From positions 1-64,000 of the IMG/VR virus record IMGVR_UViG_3300011474_000007: a stretch of 64,000 bases of DNA, one strand, 5' to 3'. Shown one piece after another: positions 11,624 through 22,993 of the stretch (position 1 is its first letter; each line of letters opens with the position of its first letter). The position numbers and the translations under genes are program-made. Under the pieces are notes generated by a model that had not been told where the DNA came from, searched no databases, and saw only the letters and a program-made list of their open reading frames with translations. Source of the DNA: an uncultured virus (IMG/VR IMGVR_UViG_3300011474_000007). Lineage: Duplodnaviria > Heunggongvirae > Uroviricota > Caudoviricetes.

Positions 11624-13249
11624 TTAATATATATTTATATCACTTATTAATACTTGCTTTGCTTTTTCAGTTTTTCTTGTTTTAAAGTTATACCATGAAT
11701 TTATACTTAAACTACCTATAACATCAAAACAAAAAGCATTATATAATTTATTAACCTCTATTTCATTTAAATTAAATTTTAAGCAATCTAAATCGTCAGC
11801 TTGTAACTTTATATGAATATCTTTCATAACTTTTGCGTTAGTTTTAAATAAATATTTGATAAGAAATTGAGGAGTTTTAAATCCTTCCCCAACTATAAAG
11901 TTTAATTTTGATATATCCTGTAATAGATCCCATGTTATTTCACTTTGTTTTAACTCTAAATCAACTAAAGTTGTATCATCATAATCTACATTTTTCAACT
12001 TTTCATCTAAAAAAGAAATCAGCTCATCTAATTCATCAGTCTTCACTTCTATTCCAAAAGCCCCTTCATGTCCTCCTACTTCTACTGATAATTTGCAACT
12101 ATTTATTAATTCTTTAACATCTATGTTTCCTAAACTTCTGCCACTACCAACATAGGTATTTTTCTCTTTATCTAAATTTAATATAAACGTAGGCTTTTTA
12201 TATTTTTGCATTATATTATTTGCAACTAGTCCATTTAACGTTTTGTTCTTTTCCTCAACTTCATTCATTATTACAAATATTGTTTTATGCGAATTATCTA
12301 TATTTTCTTCGACCTTTTTTACTAGTTTTGCTTGTATTTCTTTTCTTTGCTTATTAAGTTTATCGCATTTTTTAATAGTATTTTTTATCACTTTTTCATC
12401 ATCAGAAGTTAATATTGTAATAGCATCTTCTATTTGATTTAATCTTATTATAGAGTTAATAAAAGGCACTACATAAAAGGATATATCTGTTGTATTAGGC
12501 TTATAATCTTTTTTTAAATGCTTTAGTAACAATTTTAATTGTATATTACAATCATTATGTATTTTGAATATACCTTCTAAAATTAATCTTCTTGTTTCTA
12601 ATTCAGATACATTCATCATATCTCCAATAAGTCCTACAGCACAAAAATCTATCAAATCTTTTGCATAATTATTCCCTAATACTTCATCTATGGCTTGGCA
12701 AACTTTATAACAAACTCCTACCCCACTAAGATATTTATTAGGATAGTCATTAAGTTGAGGATTTACTATTATAGCATAAGGATTATCTTTATCAGATTCG
12801 TGATGGTCTAAAATCACTATATTCATATTTTGGGATAAATCTTCACATTCTTTTACTGAATTTGTACTACTATCAACTATTATTAATAAATCTAAATCCT
12901 TCGGGACATTATCAACTATAACTCCATGTCCATCTTTTCTTTGGTGATAAATATTTATAGGTTTTATATTATATTTTTTTAAATAATGATACATGATAGC
13001 TAAAGATGTTATTCCATCTGTATCTATATCTCCATATATACCTATATTAAAATTATTTTGTATTGCATATGTAATAGTTTGTATCGCTTTTCTTATATTA
13101 GATAATTCCCAGTATGAATGTAATACATCTTTTGAAGGAAATAAAAACTCTTCTTTATTTTTTATACCTCTTATTTTTAATATCTTATCAATAATATTAT
13201 CATTTTTATTATATTTGATTTTAGGCTCTTTAATTTTATATCTCAACAC
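11624..13249 (-). CDS. recJ: RecJ-like DHH ssDNA exonuclease
   Basis: GDIDTDG, LDHH, GSGRS and GGH motifs. Confidence 0.92.
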   Translation of the reverse strand: MLRYKIKEPKIKYNKNDNIIDKILKIRGIKNKEEFLFPSKDVLHSYWELSNIRKAIQTITYAIQNNFNIGIYGDIDTDGITSLAIMYHYLKKYNIKPINIYHQRKDGHGVIVDNVPKDLDLLIIVDSSTNSVKECEDLSQNMNIVILDHHESDKDNPYAIIVNPQLNDYPNKYLSGVGVCYKVCQAIDEVLGNNYAKDLIDFCAVGLIGDMMNVSELETRRLILEGIFKIHNDCNIQLKLLLKHLKKDYKPNTTDISFYVVPFINSIIRLNQIEDAITILTSDDEKVIKNTIKKCDKLNKQRKEIQAKLVKKVEENIDNSHKTIFVIMNEVEEKNKTLNGLVANNIMQKYKKPTFILNLDKEKNTYVGSGRSLGNIDVKELINSCKLSVEVGGHEGAFGIEVKTDELDELISFLDEKLKNVDYDDTTLVDLELKQSEITWDLLQDISKLNFIVGEGFKTPQFLIKYLFKTNAKVMKDIHIKLQADDLDCLKFNLNEIEVNKLYNAFCFDVIGSLSINSWYNFKTRKTEKAKQVLISDINIY

Positions 13250-13265
13250 ATCAATTCCTTTCTAA

Positions 13266-14291
13266 TTAATATTTTATTAAATGAGAATTTAATATTTTTT
13301 CTATTGTATCTCTATCTAAATCAAGCAAAGCTATCTTTTCTTCTTTAATATAATTGTTTTTACTCATATCCATATCAACTATATAAACATCGTTTGTGAA
13401 AAAAGGATTATTAATTTTTACTTTTTTAGCTTGTTCTCTACAATGTTCTAACGATATTCCTTCATCTAAAGCAATTATTACATCACAACACATAGATTTA
13501 ATCAAATTTGCTTGTCTATGAGAAATATGATTTCCACCTAAGCTTACAACATTATTTAAGTTTATATCCCTACCTTTTAATACTGATTTCTCACTTTCAC
13601 AGACAATTATATATTTTTTATTTAATATACTTTTATAATTCTGATAAAAACCATATAGCACATATGACTTAGTAAAATCAATTATAGGTAGATATTTATA
13701 TTCATTTCCATGAAACTCTTTTTTATTTTTCCTCCCCATAATTCCAACTAAATCACCATTTTCATTTAACCACGGTATAGTTATTCTATTAGAAATAATA
13801 TCATAACCTATATCAAAATATTCTTGTGTAATGGCACTAATTCCATCTTCAATAAATAACAAGCTTGTACCATATTGAATATAATTAATAAGAATATCCT
13901 TATCATATATTTTAGGTATAAAATCCTCAGTATTTTTTACCTTTGAATATCTTTTAAAAAATCCACCAAAAGGCAACTTAATAGTTCTTCTTTCGAAATA
14001 TGTATTTGTTATATTTAATTTTCTGCCCAACCATCTAATAGAATCACCTAGTTCAACATTTTTCATTTCAGATACTAAAGTAATAATGTCCCCTGAAATG
14101 CCTCTACTAAAGCTTGTATACTTTAAAGTATCTATTAATAAACTATTTCCACTACCTGACCCTTCATTATCTAATCCAAATCTGAATTGATTTTGTGATG
14201 TTTTATGTATATTATGGCATCCTATATCAACTAAAATATCATATATCTTATCTTCATTATCTTTTAATAAATCTTTTATCTTTATTATCAT
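13266..14291 (-). CDS. DNA primase (Toprim), SPbeta YorJ-like
   Basis: RITIP...GR, ESEKS and IALD Toprim motifs; between helicase and RecJ. Confidence 0.85.
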   Translation of the reverse strand: MIIKIKDLLKDNEDKIYDILVDIGCHNIHKTSQNQFRFGLDNEGSGSGNSLLIDTLKYTSFSRGISGDIITLVSEMKNVELGDSIRWLGRKLNITNTYFERRTIKLPFGGFFKRYSKVKNTEDFIPKIYDKDILINYIQYGTSLLFIEDGISAITQEYFDIGYDIISNRITIPWLNENGDLVGIMGRKNKKEFHGNEYKYLPIIDFTKSYVLYGFYQNYKSILNKKYIIVCESEKSVLKGRDINLNNVVSLGGNHISHRQANLIKSMCCDVIIALDEGISLEHCREQAKKVKINNPFFTNDVYIVDMDMSKNNYIKEEKIALLDLDRDTIEKILNSHLIKY

Positions 14292-14303
14292 AAGGGTTCT
14301 CCC

Positions 14304-15803
14304 TTAATATCTATTTTTTTGATGTGGGGTACATCTGCCTATTTCATACCATTTATTTAAATGTCCTTTAAATTCGTAAATCAAAGCATTTCCTACTTCA
14401 TCATTTCTAGTTTTAAAATGAAAGAAAATCTTATATTTTTTATTTTTATCTAATGTTATATATTCTTTTTCATTAGTATATCTACCATTAGAATCTTTTT
14501 TTAATCTATATGGCTTTATATCATAAGTTTCTTCGTCAAATTCATCTTCCCATATATCTCTAAACCCAATCATTTCACTAAATACTTCTGCTACTTGTTT
14601 ACCATTACTTAAACAATCTGTGTCTAATACTCTTATTCTATTTTTATATGCTTGTGCTAATTGAAATGTAACAACACCAGCTATATTTTCTTTTGAACAT
14701 ACCTGAAATAATTCTTTTGAATCATTAAGTAAAGACAACCATGTGCTTTCCGTTTCTCCAGAGTATTTCATAGTATCATATATTAGAACTTCTAACCCTA
14801 TTTTAGATAACTTTTTTGCTACCCTCTTTACTTTGCTTATATCATAATCATATACTTTTGCAAAAGTAATATATGGTGCATAATCTATAGTAATTATCTT
14901 TCTTGCCTTTTCTATCATCTCTTCATCTGTTTTTGACCATTGACCTGATTTTAATTTCTTTCTTGTTAAACTCCAATAATCTAACTTTTCTGTTAAAACA
15001 TATATTTGTAACAATAATTTATAAACAATGGACTGTTGTTCATTTGAAATTATGGCTACTTTTTTTCTTTGTTCTGCAATAGGAATTATTATATTATTCA
15101 TAACAAATGAACTTTTACCACCATTAGTATAGGATGCAAACATTGTTAGATCTCCTTTAGGCAGACCCATTGTCATATAGTTTAATAAGGGACAATGCTT
15201 TCCAAAGTTAACTCCCATATTAGCCCCATTTTTTATATCTGAAATTTCTTTATCAGTTAAGTCTAATGTTTCAAATTCAATATCATTGGATACCTTTATA
15301 TCTACATCATTTGTTTGATATTCTATGTAATCCACTAATTGACTGCTTGTCATTTTAATTAATTTATCCCAATGTTTAACTATATCTAATATACCTTTTT
15401 CTTCATAATATTCTTTAACCAAGTTCCATTTTGTCCAATCATCAAAGATTGCATCAGCATTTTGAATTTCAATTATGTTTTTTAATTCCTTAATAGTACC
15501 ATATCCACCTAATATATCGTACTTTTCTTTAAGCGCTAATTCTTCTACTTCAGATACAAAAGATACCTCATCTACACATTCTATTCCTTTTGAATATAGT
15601 CTCTCAACCATACCAATATAGAATAAAGCATCTTCGCTTAACAAATTTTTATTTATTGAAAACTCTGTTAATATATCAGGATTTTTTAATATTAATCCTG
15701 ATAGCATGCCTTCTGCTTGTTTTATTTTGCTTTCTAATTCCTCTTCTTTATCTGATACTTTTTTTATTTTATCAGTAATTTTAATTTCTTTGATTTTATC
15801 CAT
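14304..15803 (-). CDS. DnaB-like replicative helicase
   Basis: Walker A-like TNGGKS, SNE, Walker B LIYD, FQL, KTR. Confidence 0.85.
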   Translation of the reverse strand: MDKIKEIKITDKIKKVSDKEEELESKIKQAEGMLSGLILKNPDILTEFSINKNLLSEDALFYIGMVERLYSKGIECVDEVSFVSEVEELALKEKYDILGGYGTIKELKNIIEIQNADAIFDDWTKWNLVKEYYEEKGILDIVKHWDKLIKMTSSQLVDYIEYQTNDVDIKVSNDIEFETLDLTDKEISDIKNGANMGVNFGKHCPLLNYMTMGLPKGDLTMFASYTNGGKSSFVMNNIIIPIAEQRKKVAIISNEQQSIVYKLLLQIYVLTEKLDYWSLTRKKLKSGQWSKTDEEMIEKARKIITIDYAPYITFAKVYDYDISKVKRVAKKLSKIGLEVLIYDTMKYSGETESTWLSLLNDSKELFQVCSKENIAGVVTFQLAQAYKNRIRVLDTDCLSNGKQVAEVFSEMIGFRDIWEDEFDEETYDIKPYRLKKDSNGRYTNEKEYITLDKNKKYKIFFHFKTRNDEVGNALIYEFKGHLNKWYEIGRCTPHQKNRY

Positions 15804-15822
15804 TACTATAACATCACCTCAC

Positions 15823-16338
15823 TCAATCTAAAAATTCACTTATATCATTATTGTTTATTGAATTATTTGTAGTTATGTTATTTATTATATTTATATCTAC
15901 ATTTTCATTATTCTTTTGTGTAAATAGTTTTTCCATTTCTTTTTGTTCTTGTATATATTTTTTATATGCACAATTAATATTGTTTTGAATAATAACCATT
16001 ATATATCTAGTTTTAGCATATTCAGTATTATATTCTTTATTATTCAAAAACCACTTAATACTATCTTCACATTCTCTAAATGTTCTTTCGATTATTATAT
16101 AGTCATAAAATTTATTTAATTTATTAACTTCTTTTTTCATTATAGGAGTTATAAATGGTTCATTTAATATATGTTTTATTGTATTAAAACACTTATCTTT
16201 GTTCTGCTTATTTTTTAGATCCCTTTTATACTCCCCTTCACTACAGTAATATATATTTTTACTATTGATAACTACTTTATAAGCCTTATCAGTAGTTAAA
16301 ATTTTTTTACATATTTTACACTTACATTTTCTTGACAT
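15823..16338 (-). CDS. Zn-finger protein of the replication block (YorH-like)
   Basis: CKIC...YYCS; synteny between the AAA ATPase and helicase. Confidence 0.6.
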   Translation of the reverse strand: MSRKCKCKICKKILTTDKAYKVVINSKNIYYCSEGEYKRDLKNKQNKDKCFNTIKHILNEPFITPIMKKEVNKLNKFYDYIIIERTFRECEDSIKWFLNNKEYNTEYAKTRYIMVIIQNNINCAYKKYIQEQKEMEKLFTQKNNENVDINIINNITTNNSINNNDISEFLD

Positions 16339-16448
16339 TTTTTACCCCCTTATTTTGAATTTTAAGAGCATAAACTCGTCTCATATTTAATCCTTATGAA
16401 ATTTAGAATTGATTAGGGAGGTTTTCTACACTCCCTAATATTAAATTA

Positions 16449-17872
16449 TTATATTAATTCCAATACTTCATCTAAACACTCCATAGGTATAGTTTTTGCA
16501 TCCTCAAAGTTATTAATTTCATATCTTATCATTATTTTTTGCAAACTAGTCATATCTAAACTCGCTAAATTTTCTTTTATTTTTTCTATTTTTTCTTCCT
16601 TTATTTTTATTTTATTTATTGCCTTCTTTTCTTGTTTTTTTTCTTTTATTGTTACATCCTTATCTAAAGGCTTGTCTCCAAATATATTAGCTTGTTTCTC
16701 CATTGCTGCTTTTAATTCTTTAATTATTACATCACTATCTAATGCACACTTATCACATATATATTTTAAATGAGATTTAACGTCTAATGCATATTCTTCA
16801 TCTCTAAATGATATAACTCTTTTTTCTGATGCTATTTTACCTATTTGTTTTTGTTTCTTTGAGAAAGCGTCTTTCATAGTTTGTAGATCTGTTAATTCTC
16901 TTTCATAATAAGCACAACCAACAATATTAACTTTATCTTTAATACAATTGTAATACTTATTATCTAAATTTGAAGTGATTTGTTCAAATTCGATATCTGT
17001 CATTAGATCCTTCTTATTTTTTTGTTTTGTATGTCCTATAAAAAATAGAGAATATCCGTAGTCTCTTAATTTAAAAACTTTACTAGCAACTAAATCTACA
17101 ACTTTATTTTCTCCTGCTTGGACAGCTACCCTTATATTTCTATAAGGACTAGACTATATCATCATCTATAAAATAGATGCTTGGCACTTCGAGTAGTAAT
17201 CATCTCTACCCTACTCTACTCCCTTTCTTCTTTTTTAGAAGTGATTTCGATAGTCGTTTGACGATTATATATTTTAAAATAAATATAGTTTCGCACAGGA
17301 TTGGCATACCTTCTTGTCTAAGTGGCTTTAGCTTTCCCTGTTAGCTTACTTATTATCTATCATTTCCTATAGATCACTATACGTTAAGTAAACACCGTTT
17401 GATTAGAACGTTCACCAAGTTTGCTTATATAATCTCTTATATAAGGGACTACCTAAATTAATCCTCCAAAACATTTCTTTATTGTATCTACTTTATCAGT
17501 AGGATTTGTAACTTTTTTATTATGTAATTCTATAACTTTAGTTTCAGCTAATCTAAATATTTCATCAACACTATCAATTCCTATCATTTTTAAATCAGGA
17601 TAATCCTCATTTTTATATTCACATAGTGTTTCTATTACGTCTTCTAAATCATCCCAATCTTCTACTCTTTCGTTCCATAAATTACCTATATGCTCTGGTT
17701 CTGGCTCTTGCCCTATTGTTAATAATAAAAATCCGTCTATCCCAAATTCTTTTTGTCCCATTTCACATACAGTTGTAGTCTTTCCTATGCCTGCTACTCC
17801 ATTCATTAAATATGTATAACTTGCTATATCTTTTTTAACTTGTCTTATTCTACCTATTTTTCTTTTTGCCAT
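16449..17872 (-). CDS. AAA/P-loop ATPase (Sak4/AAA_24-like, YorG-like), 2 exons
   Basis: Exons 17872-17461 and 17122-16449 join in frame (CFGG-T|TC-QAGE) to 361 aa; GVAGIGKTT, IGIDS, FIGHTK. Confidence 0.88.
17123..17460 (-). ncRNA. Group I intron (ORF-less, 338 nt) in the AAA ATPase gene
   Basis: P1 GGAT/GTCC with U-G pair; terminal G at 17123; AACGACTATCG and GATATAGTC; same core blocks as the other three introns. Confidence 0.9.
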
Positions 17873-17940
17873 AAAAACAACACCCCTTAAATATTTTATT
17901 GTCTTAAAATTATTTTATAATAAGATAAAATTCAAATTTT

Positions 17941-19167
17941 TTATTTTCCAAAAAGTTTAGCCATCATATCTTCTTTTTCAGTATCTTTACTGTCTGTTTT
18001 TTCTTCTATTTCTTCTTTTTTTACATCTGAAATCTTTTTATCAGAATCGTCTAATGCTAAATAGTCAGGTATATCTTTTACTGAAAATGCTTCTATACTT
18101 CCATCTGGATATTTTGCTAAATCTCCATCACAAACTTTTAATAATTCAATTCTATCTCCATAAATATCACCTTTTGGTCTAAAATCATCTATTGTGCTTT
18201 TTCCAACTTTAATACTTAATTTTTGCATATCTGTTAAACAATCTTCATTAAATTCTTTTTTCTCAGCACCATTTATGATATTTATTTCAAGTCCTATTTT
18301 ATGTACCATTTTTTTATCATCTATCTTAAAGAGACCTTTCATATATTCTAGTAAAACTGCTTGCTCAGGTATTTCTTCATCTACTTTTCTATAATCAAGC
18401 ACTACTGATAAAGGGAATAAAGTATCTTTTTTCTTAATTCTTTCACCTATGTATCCATTAACTATCATTTGTTTAAGTCTATTATCATCATCTATTCCAT
18501 CTTTCTCATAGAAAAAGTCTACAAACATTTTTAATTGGTTTTTAGTTTCTTTTGGTACTATTTCTATAAAACTAGGTATGTATTGTAGTCTATTTTTACC
18601 TTTATAATAATTTGATTTAACACTTCCAGTTACTCTTATTTTTTTGTCCTTTATAACTGGCATAGCTTTATTTAAAAAGTCTATTGCGTCTTTCATATGA
18701 CAAAACTCTATTCTATTTTTAGCCAATTGTTTAATTTGCTCATTATATTCTTTAATTTTTTGAGAATCTTCTTCTGTTTTATCTTCTTCCTTTTTCATCT
18801 CGTGATTTAATTTTTTAAATATTAATTTAGTATATTCTTTCTTTAATTCAAAATCTGTTTCTAAATCAATAATTATTTTTGTTATATTAGATGCTCTATC
18901 TATGTTTTCTTGCTTTGATGTATCTTCTAAATTTACAGTAAACATCTCTCCGTCTTGTCCCAATATTTTACAAGTCTTAACATCATCACAATGTATATAC
19001 TCAGCATTTAAAAATTGTGCATTAGAATCGTCTTTTATACCCATATTTAATCTAGTTCTTGACCATTTACTTGTATCTGATAATTTATTAGTTGATACTA
19101 TCTCCTTGCCAGTGATTATCTCACCTATAAAATCAAATTTTGAATAGTTAAATAATTTATTTGCCAT
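17941..19167 (-). CDS. Putative phage ssDNA-binding protein (YorF-like)
   Basis: First gene of the replication block; OB-like strands (IRVTGSV), acidic C-terminal region. Confidence 0.55.
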   Translation of the reverse strand: MANKLFNYSKFDFIGEIITGKEIVSTNKLSDTSKWSRTRLNMGIKDDSNAQFLNAEYIHCDDVKTCKILGQDGEMFTVNLEDTSKQENIDRASNITKIIIDLETDFELKKEYTKLIFKKLNHEMKKEEDKTEEDSQKIKEYNEQIKQLAKNRIEFCHMKDAIDFLNKAMPVIKDKKIRVTGSVKSNYYKGKNRLQYIPSFIEIVPKETKNQLKMFVDFFYEKDGIDDDNRLKQMIVNGYIGERIKKKDTLFPLSVVLDYRKVDEEIPEQAVLLEYMKGLFKIDDKKMVHKIGLEINIINGAEKKEFNEDCLTDMQKLSIKVGKSTIDDFRPKGDIYGDRIELLKVCDGDLAKYPDGSIEAFSVKDIPDYLALDDSDKKISDVKKEEIEEKTDSKDTEKEDMMAKLFGK

Positions 19168-19221
19168 ATGTATTTCCCCTTTCAGTTTTAAATATTATTT
19201 AGTAAATTATTTTGTATTAAT

Positions 19222-19506
19222 TTATTCCTTATTTAAATATACATTTATTAACTCTTTATTTGGACAATATGTTTCAAAATCCTTAATTTCTAAATACTTT
19301 TGCAGCTCTACTAAATTTTCTTCAGTTTTCTTAAAATCTTTATAATTATTTATATCCAATTCAAAATAATTGTCATTTCTCTCCAAACTTTTAATTAAAT
19401 CTTTTTCAATTTGTCCTAGTAGTTTCTTATTATTCCTTTCATATTTTTCTTGAAATTCTTTCTTTGATTTCTTTTTAATTAATTTTAATTCTTCTAGATC
19501 AAACAT
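19222..19506 (-). CDS. Hypothetical protein
   Basis: ORF with AGGAG RBS. Confidence 0.6.
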   Translation of the reverse strand: MFDLEELKLIKKKSKKEFQEKYERNNKKLLGQIEKDLIKSLERNDNYFELDINNYKDFKKTEENLVELQKYLEIKDFETYCPNKELINVYLNKE

Positions 19507-19526
19507 CTTATCACTCCTCTATATAA

Positions 19527-20120
19527 TTATAATATATTATTTAAATAATTATCTGTTAACTTATCATATTGTTTCTTTTTAGCTTTATAATATGCCATCT
19601 TTTCTGTATTTGATGTATCATGATTTTCCTTAATGTATTCAATTCCTGAAGAACCATCATTTAATATTGCTTTTACAAATTGTTCCGTTCTTTCAAACTT
19701 TACTTTTTCTTTTTTTCGTTCGATTTCATTATATATTATTTTTTCATATCCTTCCTTTGCTTTTTTTATTAACTCTATATCTTCATAATTAACATATAAT
19801 CTATTTAACTGATCTGTTTGAATTAATACTTTACCTACAGATGAGCAATTTTCTAAGAACTTACATTCTTTACCTGACAATGCTTTGTATTCTCCACCTA
19901 TTATTTTTACTGTATCTCCTTTTTTAAATTCTGTTGTAGTATATATAGAATTCGATGTTTTACCACTTTTATTTATGATATCATTTTTAACATTTCCTTT
20001 TGTTTGATTTTGAACTTTACTTTTACCTCTAAAATCTTCTTGATCATTTCTTTCTTTTTCGTATTCTTTGACTATTTCTTGAAGTATTTCATCTAAAAAA
20101 TTCATTGGCAATCCCTCCAT
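19527..20120 (-). CDS. Hypothetical protein with KOW-like segment
   Basis: FKKGDTVKIIGG motif; the likely start is the second Met. Confidence 0.6.
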   Translation of the reverse strand: MEGLPMNFLDEILQEIVKEYEKERNDQEDFRGKSKVQNQTKGNVKNDIINKSGKTSNSIYTTTEFKKGDTVKIIGGEYKALSGKECKFLENCSSVGKVLIQTDQLNRLYVNYEDIELIKKAKEGYEKIIYNEIERKKEKVKFERTEQFVKAILNDGSSGIEYIKENHDTSNTEKMAYYKAKKKQYDKLTDNYLNNIL

Positions 20121-20192
20121 TTAAACCATTATTTTATTTTCTATATCTTACCTTTTTAATATATCACATCATTTTAATTATGTCAAATTATT

Positions 20193-20951
20193 TTATATTA
20201 CTATTTTCAATTTATTAATTCTAGGCATTATAATATCATTTATGTATTCTTTATTTATCTCTGTTGCTATGTAATTTCTATTATTCTTTATACAACCTTC
20301 TATTTCACTTCCACTACCTGCAAATGGTATATATATTAAATCATTTTCATTAGATGAACTTAATATTATTCTTTCTTCTGATTCATATGGCTTTTCTGCT
20401 TTATGTGTATTTCCCTTGTTATATAAACATACATCTTTACAATCTATCCATACATTTGTAATTAATTTTGAATTTCCTAATCTATTAAGTCCTTCAAAAT
20501 CAGAATATTGTTTATTATATGTTTTATGTTTACCTTTGCTATATACTAATAACTCTTGTCTGGCAAAAGGAAAATGTCTTGTATTGCCAAAAACCCTAAA
20601 ATTCCTCATTGTGATCCAATTTAAAAAAACAAAATCTGTCTTATTTTCTACGTTTAGCATATATTTAATAAAAGGATGTTCTCTATTTTTCCCAACTGCA
20701 CCCCATACATAAAACTGACCCCCTGTTTTTAATATTCTATAACATTCTTTAGTCCATATTTTACACCATTCCAAATAATTTTCTTCTGTATTCCATTGAT
20801 TATCCCAATCATCCTTCACTATTTTATAATACGGCGGGTCAGCTATTATCAAATCTATACAGTCATTAGGTAATCTTTTCATGAATTCTATACAGTCTTC
20901 ATTATATATTTTGTTTAAAGGTAAATTGTTTAAATTATAAATATATATCAC
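20193..20951 (-). CDS. Orphan N6-adenine/N4-cytosine DNA methyltransferase (beta class)
   Basis: DPPY precedes PFAGSG; HxxxKP. Confidence 0.92.
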   Translation of the reverse strand: MIYIYNLNNLPLNKIYNEDCIEFMKRLPNDCIDLIIADPPYYKIVKDDWDNQWNTEENYLEWCKIWTKECYRILKTGGQFYVWGAVGKNREHPFIKYMLNVENKTDFVFLNWITMRNFRVFGNTRHFPFARQELLVYSKGKHKTYNKQYSDFEGLNRLGNSKLITNVWIDCKDVCLYNKGNTHKAEKPYESEERIILSSSNENDLIYIPFAGSGSEIEGCIKNNRNYIATEINKEYINDIIMPRINKLKIVI

Positions 20952-21011
20952 CCTCCCTCATATCATTAAATTGTTTTAAATTAATTACTTGTTCTTTTAT
21001 AATCTATTATA

Positions 21012-21317
21012 TTAATCATCCTCCTCTTTAAAATAATCTACTATACCACTAATTAATAACAATAGATTTAAAATAGGAGTCATATATACGACAAACATAA
21101 AAACATATCCCATTAATGGATTAATTGTACTAGCATTTATTAAGCCATTGACAAAGCCACTTATTCTTTGCCTTGTTTTTTCATTATCTATTTTTTCTAA
21201 GCTTTCTTGTATTTTATTAAAAGATTCAAATGGGTCTATGTCTCGATTCATATTGTTTATTTTATTTATTGTAAAAGCCATTGCTCCTATTAAAATATTT
21301 AAAGTAAAGAAATTCAA
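21012..21317 (-). CDS. Small membrane protein
   Basis: Hydrophobic segments; AGGAGG RBS. Confidence 0.6.
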   Translation of the reverse strand: MNFFTLNILIGAMAFTINKINNMNRDIDPFESFNKIQESLEKIDNEKTRQRISGFVNGLINASTINPLMGYVFMFVVYMTPILNLLLLISGIVDYFKEEDD

Positions 21318-21439
21318 ATTTTCACCTCCTTAAAAGCATCATTTTTAATATTTATTATACATAAAAAATTTGTTTTAATAAAATTCAAATTTTATAATTA
21401 TTTTTTTATTATTAACTCTTGTTATTTTAAACATAAGAG

Positions 21440-22993
21440 TTAATAATGTTTTAACTCATCAGGTATATTAAAAGCATTCATTATGCCAATTTTTTCTTTA
21501 GTATTCTTTTCTTTCTTGCTCTCTTCTAAATCAACAAAACTTAACAAATATATTATCGCATTTCTTACAACTTTAGCAATCCTAATTGTTTGCTCAACTA
21601 AGTATTCTTCACTCATAGATTGTATTGAATTATCTCCCATCCAATACACATCAAGAAATCTATGTGTTAAAGCATGTCTTATTTCTACCAATTCCTCATA
21701 TCTTCCATTGTTTAAATCTAAATAAATATTAAATAACGCATTTAAATTAAAATTGTTTGTTTCTAAAATTTTATTATGTATTTTTTCTCTTTTTCTATCA
21801 CTATTTTCATACCAAATACTATTAAAGTCAATATATCTTTCTTTTTTATCCATTTTAAGATATTCATTAATAAATATTGCAATTTTATCTAAAATATCAA
21901 ACATATTTTTAAAAGCAAATTTTACAAGTTGAACATAAATATTATTTTCTACATAATTCAAAGTATCTACAATAGTAACATCTTTGTCAACGAAGTTTAA
22001 AGTATCATCATTAAATCTGGATTGTATGAGTAAAAATCTTGCTGTAATATAATTCTGTTTAATTTCATTAATGAATGATGAAAGCTTCAAAAATGGGTCA
22101 TTCTCTAAAGGAATCTCTACAGAAATAATCATTTTATTAATTGCCATATCGTCTCCTAATGCAGAGTTACATTTTTGACAATGATTACATAAATTTAGAT
22201 ATAATTTATGTTTAATACAAAACTCTTTAGAAAACTTCTCTAAGTCAGATTCAGAAGTTATATTTAAAGTTTTTAAATTACATATATCTTTACATTTATT
22301 AAAATCCACATATTTTTCCATCTCTTTTATATGTTTAAGAAATATTTCTTCTGCTTCTTTATATACTCCTTTGTCTAATCCTAATTTCATTAAGTTATAA
22401 GAATCTTTATAATGAGTAACCCATCTATCTCCTGTTAACCTTGCATAATATTTAAGAGACATTCCTTTGTTCGCTAAAGCCATTCCAAAATTAGGATTTA
22501 TACTTAGTGCTTTGTCATAATATTCAATTGCTTCTATACTTCTTCCTACAGAATCTAATAAATTTGCCATATTAACAAAGATATAAACAAGAATTTCTGG
22601 ATTTAAAATTTTACATTTTAAAGATTTATTATAAAAATTTATTGCTTTATGAGATTCTATATCTTTAGTCATAAATCCATAGAAAGGATTTGTTCTTCTT
22701 TTTAAACTAAAAAGTGCATTGTATCCATTACCCAAATTGTAATAAACACTTTGTTTAATATTATTATCTTGTTCTAATTGAAATAAGTTATTTTCAAGTC
22801 CATGTATTCCTTTTTTAATTAGTTCTTCTTTGTATAAAATAGAACCTATATCTATATATATTCCACTGGAATAGTAATCTTTATATAAATCATCAGTTTG
22901 TAAATTTTCAATCTCTCTTAAAATTTTTAAAGCTTTTTCAATATTTCCGTTATTAATATTTTTATATGCTTCATTACAAAGTTCATTTATCAT
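21440..22993 (-). CDS. TPR + HEPN (LA2681-like) protein
   Basis: TPR repeats (AIEYYDKALSINP), ILDKIA, and RHALTH (RxxxxH) RNase motif. Confidence 0.8.
   Translation of the reverse strand: MINELCNEAYKNINNGNIEKALKILREIENLQTDDLYKDYYSSGIYIDIGSILYKEELIKKGIHGLENNLFQLEQDNNIKQSVYYNLGNGYNALFSLKRRTNPFYGFMTKDIESHKAINFYNKSLKCKILNPEILVYIFVNMANLLDSVGRSIEAIEYYDKALSINPNFGMALANKGMSLKYYARLTGDRWVTHYKDSYNLMKLGLDKGVYKEAEEIFLKHIKEMEKYVDFNKCKDICNLKTLNITSESDLEKFSKEFCIKHKLYLNLCNHCQKCNSALGDDMAINKMIISVEIPLENDPFLKLSSFINEIKQNYITARFLLIQSRFNDDTLNFVDKDVTIVDTLNYVENNIYVQLVKFAFKNMFDILDKIAIFINEYLKMDKKERYIDFNSIWYENSDRKREKIHNKILETNNFNLNALFNIYLDLNNGRYEELVEIRHALTHRFLDVYWMGDNSIQSMSEEYLVEQTIRIAKVVRNAIIYLLSFVDLEESKKEKNTKEKIGIMNAFNIPDELKHY

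Noticed and set aside
1314..17872. Split nrdD, dnaE and ATPase as pseudogenes or intein-containing genes
   Set aside because: The interruptions contain stops and group I core elements and splice precisely in frame
21440..22993. TPR protein as an AimR/RRNPP quorum receptor
   Set aside because: No N-terminal HTH, a C-terminal HEPN domain, and no downstream signal-peptide gene
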